From Sphingomonadales bacterium (GTDB lineage Bacteria; Pseudomonadota; Alphaproteobacteria; Sphingomonadales; Sphingomonadaceae): DNA of 64,000 nt. The translations under genes were made by a program, and so were the position numbers. This document shows, piece after piece, positions 26,107 through 34,290 of the stretch. The stretch spans positions 26,388-90,387 of the forward strand of contig JANYGX010000010.1 of NCBI GenBank assembly GCA_025362295.1. Reading direction: 5' to 3'. The notes below the pieces were generated by a model. The model worked only from the letters and a program-made list of their open reading frames with translations, ran no database searches and was not told the origin of the DNA. Positions within the stretch are counted from its first letter, which is position 1; each line of letters begins with the position of its first letter.

Positions 26107-26577
26107 ATGACGATCAATCCGGTAACGACACCCTCGGCACCAGCATCCCTATCCCAAACTCAGGCTGCAGACCGCACCGAACGCCAAGCGCTGCTGAAAG
26201 ATTTATTTGCCAGTGCCCAAAAAGGCGATGTGGCACAGGCTAAAATTGATGCCGACAAACTGAAGGCCTATGCCGACGCGCACAATGCCAAAGCCGGACC
26301 GAAGCCAGCGTTTTTCGATTTTCTCAACAAGGTGCTCGATGCCGTTAAAAGTGGCGATGCCGAAAAATTAAAAACGGCTTACACCAGCGGCATCAAGGAT
26401 TTTCGCGCTGACACCGGTGTCACGGCTAAAAACGAGACACGCAAAGCCGCCTTTCTAGCCGAACGCGCTGCTGAAATCGCCAGTGGTGGCAAAGACGCTG
26501 ATGACACCAAGCCCGCTGCCAACAAGCCACCAGTCAATGCATCTGGCCTGCCATCGGCAATCAACATTACGGCTTAG
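26107..26577 (+). CDS. Hypothetical Ala/Lys-rich helical protein, divergent from the GTA-like operon
   Basis: 156 aa. AAGGA Shine-Dalgarno 7 nt upstream. No TM segment, signal peptide or recognised family. Confidence 0.5.
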   Translation: MTINPVTTPSAPASLSQTQAADRTERQALLKDLFASAQKGDVAQAKIDADKLKAYADAHNAKAGPKPAFFDFLNKVLDAVKSGDAEKLKTAYTSGIKDFRADTGVTAKNETRKAAFLAERAAEIASGGKDADDTKPAANKPPVNASGLPSAINITA

Positions 26578-26791
26578 AGGGTTTTGATATACCCTCCCTT
26601 GCGGAAGAGGATAGGCAAACTGGGCGGCGTTCTATAGTCGCCCAGTTGAAGTTAAAGAGGGGGGGCGGAAGGCAGCGGGTTTATCGTCAGCGGCCTATTG
26701 ATTGCCGCTTGGTGGCCTCACCTGATTTCCCACTTTGCTTTAATGTATAACCAATAGCGTAACGCTTGTCAACAGTTATTTTCAAATAAGG

Positions 26792-27529
26792 TTATATTTT
26801 ATAAAAGACCACCAGCCGGTCAAGCGCTAGCGCCAGCACAACCTTGGCGGTTCGCACGGGCCATTGCATGGCTTTTTCCGCCGTTTCCAGCCCTTCCCCC
26901 ATGCAGGCGACGCGCCACAGCACATCTGAGAGGCCGGGGCCTGCAGCGGCGATGGCCGCCTCGAAACGGCGCCTGGCAGCCAGCTGTGCTGTTGTCGGAT
27001 CGAGCGCCTCGGCTGGCCCCCGTGCGGTCTTCCCCATCGGCGGGGCATCCCAGCTCATGGTCACTTTCGGGGCGCGCGCAGCGCTATGAAAATCCGCCCG
27101 CAGCTTTTCGCCAGCCTTGAACTGGGCAGCGGTTATGAGCTTGCGACGGGCAAGCCACGCCAGGGGTGATTCGGCGAGATTGATGTCGGTATAGACCGTG
27201 GTGTCCGGCAGTTTGACCCTGGCCATGACTCGGTTTTGCCGGTCAAAACCTTCAGCCGTGGTGTTTTTTGAGCGCACGGCGAGCTCGCGCTCCAGCCAGC
27301 GTTTGCCGGGCTCGCTGATGACCAGACGGCGCACGCCGTCGGCCATAATCAAATCCGCCGCGCTCAATTGATCAACCACGTGCCGCGCAATATACATTGT
27401 GTCGCAACGGAATTCATCAGCCTCCCGAATCAGCGCCTGGCCAGCCCCGAGTTTGCGCAGCAGGGATTTGGCCAGTGTGCCAAGGCGATTCGCCAGCAGT
27501 GGCAGTGTGGTTATACGGCTTAAAGTCAT
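26792..27529 (-). CDS. GafA/GafZ-like GTA activator candidate (DUF6456-type domain)
   Basis: 245 aa. The central block DINLAESPLAWLARRKLITAAQFKAGEKLRADFHSAARAPKVTMSW matches my recollection of the DUF6456 signature (ESPL.WL.RRK....AQ..AGERLR.DF). AAGGA Shine-Dalgarno. Lies about 800 bp from the GTA-like cluster. Confidence 0.5.
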   Translation of the reverse strand: MTLSRITTLPLLANRLGTLAKSLLRKLGAGQALIREADEFRCDTMYIARHVVDQLSAADLIMADGVRRLVISEPGKRWLERELAVRSKNTTAEGFDRQNRVMARVKLPDTTVYTDINLAESPLAWLARRKLITAAQFKAGEKLRADFHSAARAPKVTMSWDAPPMGKTARGPAEALDPTTAQLAARRRFEAAIAAAGPGLSDVLWRVACMGEGLETAEKAMQWPVRTAKVVLALALDRLVVFYKI

Positions 27530-27640
27530 GCAAAAAATCCTTCATCAAAAGTGATTCGCAAAGGCTAACCGAATTATGGGCTTGTAGGAAAGCTATTTAA
27601 CCGTTACGGTGTTTTCATCAATCATTCTGGAGAGTTACAT

Positions 27641-28207
27641 ATGCACAGTCGTATCCGCGAAGTTCGCCGCGCCAAAGGCCTCACCCTTGCAGACGTTGGG
27701 GCACGCTGCACCCCGCCCACCACTGCCCAAACCATCGGGCGACTCGAAACCGGTATGCGCACCATATCGGTCGATTGGCTGAACCGCATTGCTGGTGCCC
27801 TGCTGGTTGACCCAAGCGATCTGGTCGCCATGACCGACCGGCCCGATGTGCCAGTGGCTGCCATCCTCTCAGCGCGCGGGGCCGAGGCGCCGCGCCACCC
27901 CATGGTGCTGACAGCACCCGCTGCTCAGACCAATCTGGTCGGTATGGTGGTTGAAGATTCGAACGGCGATTACCGTGCTGGCGACCATGTCTGGCTCGCA
28001 CAGCTCGCTGGCCCTGATTTTACAGATGCGCTCAACCGCGATTGCCTGTTGCCGCTGCCCGCCGGTGCCTTTGTGTTTGGCAGGGTGATCGTGGCGACAG
28101 CCGACGGCGATGTCACCATTCTCCCCATCGGCCGTGCCGAGCGCCCGCTTTCCGGTCTAAAGCCCGGCTGGGTTGCCATGGCACAAACGATGATCAGGAA
28201 ACTCTAG
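27641..28207 (+). CDS. XRE-family HTH regulator with a degenerate LexA/CI (S24)-like C-terminal domain
   Basis: 188 aa. N-terminal HTH IREVRRAKGLTLADVGARC...TIGRLETGMRTISVDWLNRIAGAL. The C-terminal part VVEDSNGDYRAGDHVWL...FVFGRVI aligns by eye to V.GDSM.P.i..GD.v.v...KRl, but the Ser-Met and Lys positions are not canonical. Confidence 0.65.
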   Translation: MHSRIREVRRAKGLTLADVGARCTPPTTAQTIGRLETGMRTISVDWLNRIAGALLVDPSDLVAMTDRPDVPVAAILSARGAEAPRHPMVLTAPAAQTNLVGMVVEDSNGDYRAGDHVWLAQLAGPDFTDALNRDCLLPLPAGAFVFGRVIVATADGDVTILPIGRAERPLSGLKPGWVAMAQTMIRKL

Positions 28208-28267
28208 GGGTGACATGTGCTGGAAGCTTCAGCAGATGCGACACCTTCCGCTACAACAATAGATCCA

Positions 28268-30751
28268 TCAAAAACTTTTGTGCAGGCGCAGGGCCACGCC
28301 CACGTCTGGGGAGGCACCCGCGATATGGCCGGGGTTGATGCGGCCAAAGCTGTTGATCTGCAAGGATGTGTTGCCCTGTATACCAATGGTATAATTCAGT
28401 TCGCTGTTAAACTCGCGGCCATCCGGCGCGAGGTTGGCAGTGCGCACGTCGTAACTGGCACGGGCACTTTGATAATTATAGCCTGTTGGCAAGACTAAAT
28501 TTGCTGTGCCGTTTTCCACGCGCAGCGGCTGACTGATCAAAAAGCTTAAACTGTCGCCACCATATATTTGCGTTTTGTCAATTTCAAAACGAAAGGCGCT
28601 GGTGGTAATCGCACCCGCAGGATGAATGAGGCTTTGGCCACGACTGCCCGACACGGTAGACCCGGCATGAAGGGCAAGCGACATTTGCCAGGTATTTGAA
28701 AACGGGAATTTTGCCAGTGCCTCAAAGGCAAATGTTGTGGCACCCTCGCCAAGGCTAAACCCCGGCATGGCATAAGCACCAAGCACACTGCCGTTTTCCC
28801 GAGTCCAGCTTGCCGCAACCATGGTGCCTATTTGGCCAAAGCTGTGGCTGGCGCTGAGCGCTGCATCGTACCGCTGGGTGCGGATGCTGGCGGCAGTCGC
28901 ACTCAGCCTCACCACATCCGTCTGGCTGCCACTGGTGAGGCCAAAGCGCCATGTGCCATGCGTGTGCATGAGCTGTGTTGCAACGGCTGATCTGTCACTG
29001 CCGCCGTCATCAAGCTTGCCCGTTAGGAAATTTCCATCGGCCTTGCCAAATGGTGTGCCAGCTAGCGCACTGACACTGTAACCATGGGCAAAACCGAGCT
29101 GTGTTGCTGGATCAATATCAATCTGCGCCAGGGTTTTCACATCGGTGACAACCGCTGCAAGCCGGTCGTGATCCGGCAGGCTGGCAAACTGGCGGCGCTG
29201 ATCGCGCGCAGAAAAATTGAGATGCAGCCGACCCGAAGTGGCCTGGCTGGAAACCGCCTGGCCAAATTGATCCAGCGCGCCAAACACCACGTGTGGTGCC
29301 GGGCTTCCGTGCACGATGCCAGCAAGATTGACATTGAAGGCACGGCCATAACTGTCGAGCACAATAGTGCCGAGGAGCGCAGAGCCAAGCTGCACACCCG
29401 ATCCAAATGCGGCGCCGAGCTGCAGGCTCGCGCCCGTCGGCGACACGGCTGTCGCCAGTTGCGCCCCCGGCACCGATAACGCGCCTTGCGGTTTGAACGC
29501 ATTTGTCAAGTTGATAAAGCCGTTGCCATACACGGCATCATTTCCGCTGGCACCAAGATCCGTCGCTGTCGTATACAAGATCGATATAGCCTGCGTTGGC
29601 GTGAGGTTTGGAAACGCCTGCAGGATCAGCGCCAGCGCGCCCGCCACATAAGGCGAGGCAAACGATGTACCGTCGTACAAAAGCTCACTGCCGCCTATGC
29701 CGCGCACCCGAATACCAACACCCGGGGCTGTGATGTACGTGCTGGCGTGGGTACCGGCTTTATTGCTTATGCTACCATCATGAAATGTCGCAATGGCTGT
29801 TCCGGCGGCATTGGTCGCGCCGGCTGCAATCACCAGACCATGGCTGACGGCTGCATTGTCAATCAGGCTTGCCGCCAACGGATCAATATCGGCTGATGAA
29901 TGATTGCCTGCGGCAAGCACAATAATGACGCCAGCCGCTGTGGCTTTCTGAATGGCTGTTGCCAGCACAGGTGCCGCCGGTGTGCCGCCAAGAGACAGGT
30001 TGATAATTTTGGCACCACTCGCAACAGCGGCATCGACACCGCCAGCAATATTGCCGTCCAGATAGGTGCAGCCGCTGACAGCCGCGCACGATGATCCTGC
30101 CTGTTCGACAAGCAGCGAGCTTGCATAGGCGATACCGTGACTAACAGCATCATTCTTGTTCGCAGCAACAACGGTTGCAACCGCCGTGCCGTGGCCACTC
30201 AAATCCTGAAGGCTTGCGCCGGGGTTCACAATGTTCTTGCTAGCGGCATCAATGCGACCGGTAAATTCAGGGCTGGCAAGATCGATGCCCGAATCAATAA
30301 TACCAATCTTGATGCCTTCACCATGATAGCCCAGCTGATAGGCCGGCAACGGGTTGACCACCGAGAGCCCAGTCGTGTTTTGAAACTCTGACGTGTTGTA
30401 GTTCACCGGGGGAGGGGTTGGCACTGGCGCAGGGGGTGGTACCGGGACTGGGGTTGGCACCGGAGCAGGAGTTGGCACTGGAGCAGGAGCAGGAGCAGGC
30501 ACTGGCGCAGGAACGGGCACTGGCGCTGGTGGGCTTGGAACTGGCGTCGGCGTAGGAATGGGGGGAATGGGGGTAGGCACTGGCGGCGGTACTGGTTGTG
30601 GCCCACCCACTGTGCCGTTCGTTGTCGGCGCCGGTGGAGCCGATGAAACGCCGCTACCGCCGCCACACGATGCCAGCATCAAACAAGAAGATACCGCCGT
30701 AGCCAGCACCGCCGACCCGTGCGCAAAAACGCCAGACCTCATCCCAAACAC
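28268..30751 (-). CDS. Subtilisin-family (S8) serine protease autotransporter, lipoprotein-type signal
   Basis: 827 aa. Signal/lipobox LMLASCGGG. About 70 aa of P-x-P repeats. Catalytic triad contexts GIIDSGID, SGHGTAVA, GTSFASPYVAGALA. C-terminal ~280-aa beta-barrel ending ...LRLHKSF. Confidence 0.85.
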   Translation of the reverse strand: MFGMRSGVFAHGSAVLATAVSSCLMLASCGGGSGVSSAPPAPTTNGTVGGPQPVPPPVPTPIPPIPTPTPVPSPPAPVPVPAPVPAPAPAPVPTPAPVPTPVPVPPPAPVPTPPPVNYNTSEFQNTTGLSVVNPLPAYQLGYHGEGIKIGIIDSGIDLASPEFTGRIDAASKNIVNPGASLQDLSGHGTAVATVVAANKNDAVSHGIAYASSLLVEQAGSSCAAVSGCTYLDGNIAGGVDAAVASGAKIINLSLGGTPAAPVLATAIQKATAAGVIIVLAAGNHSSADIDPLAASLIDNAAVSHGLVIAAGATNAAGTAIATFHDGSISNKAGTHASTYITAPGVGIRVRGIGGSELLYDGTSFASPYVAGALALILQAFPNLTPTQAISILYTTATDLGASGNDAVYGNGFINLTNAFKPQGALSVPGAQLATAVSPTGASLQLGAAFGSGVQLGSALLGTIVLDSYGRAFNVNLAGIVHGSPAPHVVFGALDQFGQAVSSQATSGRLHLNFSARDQRRQFASLPDHDRLAAVVTDVKTLAQIDIDPATQLGFAHGYSVSALAGTPFGKADGNFLTGKLDDGGSDRSAVATQLMHTHGTWRFGLTSGSQTDVVRLSATAASIRTQRYDAALSASHSFGQIGTMVAASWTRENGSVLGAYAMPGFSLGEGATTFAFEALAKFPFSNTWQMSLALHAGSTVSGSRGQSLIHPAGAITTSAFRFEIDKTQIYGGDSLSFLISQPLRVENGTANLVLPTGYNYQSARASYDVRTANLAPDGREFNSELNYTIGIQGNTSLQINSFGRINPGHIAGASPDVGVALRLHKSF
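30403..30600 (-). repeat. Degenerate tandem DNA repeats encoding the PAPVP/PTPVP linker of the S8 autotransporter
   Basis: Plus-strand ggcactgg/ggagcagg units repeated many times. Encodes PVPPPVPTPIPPIPTPTPVPSPPAPVPVPAPVPAPAPAPVPTPAPVPTPVPVPPPAPVPTPPP. Confidence 0.8.
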
Positions 30752-30984
30752 TCCATAAACCCACAGTAAAGAGTGTTAATATGCTAACATTAACAGGGGC
30801 TGAAGGAATAGGCGAAAATATGGTTAATAAACGAAACTATGATAATTAACGACGCAAAGGCTCACGACAGTTTTGGCAAGTGACAGGCCGGGTGCCCCTC
30901 GAGCTTTGGCTAATAACCCCTGTTGCGATATCACGGCTCGCAGGCTAGTACTGCCTGAACGTGATAAAATCTAGGGAATTGAGC

Positions 30985-32094
30985 ATGAAGGTAACACTTG
31001 AGCGGGCCGCTTTATTAAAGGCTCTGGGGCATGTGCAATCGGTGGTGGAGCGCCGCAACACCATCCCCATTTTGTCAAACGTGTTGCTGGAGGCGACAGA
31101 CGGGACGCTTAAATTCACCGCCACCGACCTTGACCTTGCTATTGTCGAGGCGGCTCCGGCCAACAGTGTGGCGGACGGATCAACCACTGTAGCGGCCCAC
31201 ACCTTGTTTGATATTGCTCGCAAACTTCCGGAAGGGGCCCAGGTTGAGCTGGTTGCAGCGGATGGTCGCCTGGCTCTTAAGGCCGGTCGCTCGCGCTTTC
31301 AACTCTCGACTCTCCCCAAGGATGATTTCCCGGCCATTGCCGACGGCGAACTGCCGTTCAGCTTCATGCTGCCATCGCTGACGCTGAAACAGATGATCGA
31401 TAAAACCCGCTTTGCCATTTCCACCGAAGAAACGCGCTATTACCTGAATGGTATTTTCTTTCACGTCACTGACGAAGCCAAGCCAGCGCTCCGTGCTGTG
31501 GCCACAGACGGCCACCGCCTGGCGCGGGTGGCCATTGCCCGGCCAGACGGCGCCGTTGGCATGCCAGACATCATCATCCCACGCAAGGCGGTGGCCGAAC
31601 TCAGAAAATTGCTCGATGAAAACCAGGGTGATGTGAAAATTGAATTGTCTTCCGCACGCATCCGCTTTTCACTCGATAACGCTGTGCTCTCGGCACGATT
31701 GATCGACGGCACATTCCCGGATTATTCACGGGTGATTCCGACCAATAACGACAAACGCGTGGTGATTGATGCCAGCACATTGGCCGAGTCTGTTGACCGC
31801 GTTTCAACCATCGCAACAGATAAAACCCGCGCTGTCAAACTCGCGATGGATAATGATCGTATCACATTATCGGTTACATCACCAGACAATGGCACAGCAT
31901 CGGAAGAGCTGGCAGCGAGTTACGGTGGTGATGCCCTTGATGTGGGTTACAACAGCCGCTACCTGCTCGACATTCTCGATCAACTCAAATCGTCGCAGGC
32001 TGAATTGCATTTGAGTGACGCGGCCTCACCCACCTTGATCACGGAAGAGGGCGATACATCTGCACTTTATGTCATCATGCCCATGCGGGTCTGA
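30985..32094 (+). CDS. dnaN: DNA polymerase III beta sliding clamp
   Basis: Start trimmed to MKVTLERAALLKALGHVQSVVERRNTIPILSNVLLEA. 369 aa with a C-terminus ...YVIMPMRV typical of DnaN. Confidence 0.95.
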   Translation: MKVTLERAALLKALGHVQSVVERRNTIPILSNVLLEATDGTLKFTATDLDLAIVEAAPANSVADGSTTVAAHTLFDIARKLPEGAQVELVAADGRLALKAGRSRFQLSTLPKDDFPAIADGELPFSFMLPSLTLKQMIDKTRFAISTEETRYYLNGIFFHVTDEAKPALRAVATDGHRLARVAIARPDGAVGMPDIIIPRKAVAELRKLLDENQGDVKIELSSARIRFSLDNAVLSARLIDGTFPDYSRVIPTNNDKRVVIDASTLAESVDRVSTIATDKTRAVKLAMDNDRITLSVTSPDNGTASEELAASYGGDALDVGYNSRYLLDILDQLKSSQAELHLSDAASPTLITEEGDTSALYVIMPMRV

Positions 32095-32101
32095 CAATTC
32101 A

Positions 32102-32524
32102 TTAATTGATTGTCTGCGCGCTGTGCGGGCTGTCTAGGCTGAAGGCCGGGATATCAATTTCAAACGCATCGCCGGTTTCTGAAATCATCTGATAGGTGCC
32201 AACCATAAAGCCGCTTGGTGTGCTAAGCGGGCAGCCGGACATATATTCATAATGCGTGCCGGGCGCCAGCACCGGTTGATCGCCGACCACACCAGCACCA
32301 CGCACATGCTCTTGGCGGCCCATACCATCGGTGATAATCCAGTGTCGGGACACAAGCTGGGCTGTCACATCACCATCGTTATCAATACGGATGCGGTAAG
32401 CCCAGACGTAACGTCCAGCACCGGGATCCGATTGATCACTCAAAAAATAAGACACCACAGACACACCAAAGCCATGCGTCGCAGCAACAAACGGATAAGC
32501 CTCGCGTGATAAAATACTGTTCAC
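32102..32524 (-). CDS. apaG: ApaG protein
   Basis: 140 aa. ...YVWAYRIRIDNDGDVTAQLVSRHWIITDGMGRQEHVRGAGVVGDQPVLAPG..YEYMSGCPLSTPSGFMVGTYQM matches the ApaG (DUF525) pattern. Confidence 0.85.
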   Translation of the reverse strand: MNSILSREAYPFVAATHGFGVSVVSYFLSDQSDPGAGRYVWAYRIRIDNDGDVTAQLVSRHWIITDGMGRQEHVRGAGVVGDQPVLAPGTHYEYMSGCPLSTPSGFMVGTYQMISETGDAFEIDIPAFSLDSPHSAQTIN

Positions 32525-33729
32525 AGGCCTGCGGCTTTCAAGGCAATATCAAGATCATCAATCAAATCCTTTGGATCTTCAAGGCCTACAGACAAGCGCA
32601 ACATGTCTTCGGTTATACCCATGTCCAGCCGCGCCTGTTCCGATAAGGCGCGGTGAGTGGTTGAAGCCGGGTGTGTCATCAGCGAGCGGCTGTCGCCAAC
32701 ATTGTTGGATATGTCGATGAGGTTCAACGCATCGAGCAGCTTGAATGCCGTGTCGCGGGCACCACCGACATAAAACGACAGGATTGTGCCGCCAGAGGCC
32801 ATCTGCTGCATGGCAAGCGCACGTTGCGGAAAACTGGCATGGGCCGGATAGAGCAGGCGGGGCACGCGTGTGCCGAGATAATTTGCAACGGCGTCAGCAT
32901 TCTCCGCCATGCGCGTCACGCGCAACTCCAGAGTTTCAAGACCCTTCAGCAGCACCCAGGCATTGAAGGCCGAAAGCGTTGGCCCGGTATGGCGCAGATA
33001 CATCAGCAAATGATCCTCAAGGAATTTTTCACTGCCACAGATCACCCCGCCGAGCACTCGGCCCTGCCCGTCAATATGTTTTGTCGCCGAGTACGCCACA
33101 ATGTCCGCGCCAAACGCCAGCGGCTTTTGCAAAACCGGTGAGGCAAAGACATTATCGACGATTACCTTTGCTCCGGCATCGTGGGCAAGGTCACACACAG
33201 CTTTTAAATCCGTTATGTCGAGTGTTGGGTTGGCAGGCGTTTCGAGAAAAAACACCTTGGTGTTGGGTTTGCGCGCCTTTGCCCAGGCCTGATTGTCTCT
33301 AGCATCAACAATCGTTACGTCGATGCCGTAACGGGGCAACAGGGTATCAACAATCCAGCGGCACGATCCGAACATGGCTTTGGCCGCCACCAGATGATCG
33401 CCGTGGCTCAGCTGGCACAGCAATGCCGCTGACATCGCCGCCATGCCCGTGGCTGTGGCGCGTGCCATGTCTGTGCCTTCAAGCAAGGCCATGCGTTCCT
33501 CAAACATCGAAACGGTCGGGTTAGCTTGCCGGGTATACGTGAAGCCTTCCCGTTCACCGCGGAACCGGCCAGCCCCCTCTTCAGCGTTATCGTAGGCAAA
33601 ACCGGAAGTTAAAAACAGCGCTTCGGACGTTTCATCCATATTCGAGCGCACAGTACCGCCACGCACCATCTGCGTGGCCAGTCGCCAGCCCTTGGTGATG
33701 GTGCGGTCTTGTCCGGTACGACTTTTCAT
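32521..33729 (-). CDS. metZ: O-succinylhomoserine sulfhydrylase
   Basis: Start trimmed to MKSRTGQDRTITKGWRLATQMVRGG. PLP-dependent Cys/Met metabolism family (YSATKHIDGQGRVLGG contains the PLP lysine). The apaG-metZ pairing is common in alphaproteobacteria. Confidence 0.85.
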   Translation of the reverse strand: MKSRTGQDRTITKGWRLATQMVRGGTVRSNMDETSEALFLTSGFAYDNAEEGAGRFRGEREGFTYTRQANPTVSMFEERMALLEGTDMARATATGMAAMSAALLCQLSHGDHLVAAKAMFGSCRWIVDTLLPRYGIDVTIVDARDNQAWAKARKPNTKVFFLETPANPTLDITDLKAVCDLAHDAGAKVIVDNVFASPVLQKPLAFGADIVAYSATKHIDGQGRVLGGVICGSEKFLEDHLLMYLRHTGPTLSAFNAWVLLKGLETLELRVTRMAENADAVANYLGTRVPRLLYPAHASFPQRALAMQQMASGGTILSFYVGGARDTAFKLLDALNLIDISNNVGDSRSLMTHPASTTHRALSEQARLDMGITEDMLRLSVGLEDPKDLIDDLDIALKAAGL

Positions 33730-33847
33730 CAGATATCCTGTCCTCAAACGAACATACGGGTTACCGGCTGCCAACCCACTTGCCAAGAACTTTGATATGG
33801 GGCAAAATCTGACTTTAGCTATATCATTCAATATTCGGGAGATTAAA

Positions 33848-34279
33848 ATGCGCTTTTCTTTTATTGTTGCTGCTGTGCTGGCCACACTGCCGGTCAGTGG
33901 CTGGGCCATGAACGTCACAGCCTACTGCACACCGGTTAGCGGGACATCCGAAACAAATGGTAAATCTGCCCCCGTCACCAAAACTAGCCTTAAAAACACC
34001 AGCTGGACCTATACCTGGTTTGCCGGCAAAGCCGATGCGAAAATCACCCTGAAATCCGGCGCTGGCAAGAGTGTGACGCAAGACGCCAGTGTGATGGAAA
34101 GCAGCCCTGATCTGGTGACATTTGTCGTTCTGGAAAAAAACAGTTTCTGGTCTCACACCCTGCTGATGAGCAAGGACATGATGCACGCAACCGCCGTCTA
34201 CTCAGAGCATTCCAGCGATGAGGCCGGCAGCAAACTCGGCAGCCAGCAAATGCGATCTGTTTGCAAGGTATCGATGTAA
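33848..34279 (+). CDS. Small exported hypothetical protein
   Basis: Start trimmed to MRFSFIVAAVLATLPVSGWA (signal peptide). 143 aa with two Cys. No family recognised. Confidence 0.5.
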   Translation: MRFSFIVAAVLATLPVSGWAMNVTAYCTPVSGTSETNGKSAPVTKTSLKNTSWTYTWFAGKADAKITLKSGAGKSVTQDASVMESSPDLVTFVVLEKNSFWSHTLLMSKDMMHATAVYSEHSSDEAGSKLGSQQMRSVCKVSM

Positions 34280-34290
34280 CCCCACACCTA

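Noticed and set aside
9070-28207. Intact inducible prophage.
   Set aside because: I found no integrase, excisionase, replication, holin/endolysin or att-like direct repeats. The only regulators are the flanking GafA-like and XRE genes, and two structural genes are frameshifted.
30790-30815. GTTAAT-N8-ATTAAC inverted repeat and CtrA-like TTAA pairs upstream of dnaN.
   Set aside because: The spacing does not fit TTAA-N7-TTAA. It is a single occurrence in an AT-rich promoter, which is insufficient to call a site.
33730-33847. Possible SAM-II/SAM-V riboswitch in the metZ leader.
   Set aside because: metZ leaders often carry SAM riboswitches in alphaproteobacteria. However, I could not align the leader (…UUUUGCCCCAUAUCAAAGUUCUUGGCAAGUGGGUUGGCAGCCGGUAACCC…) to the pseudoknot consensus, including the 3' AAAGCU tail, with any confidence. 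An Rfam/Infernal scan is needed.
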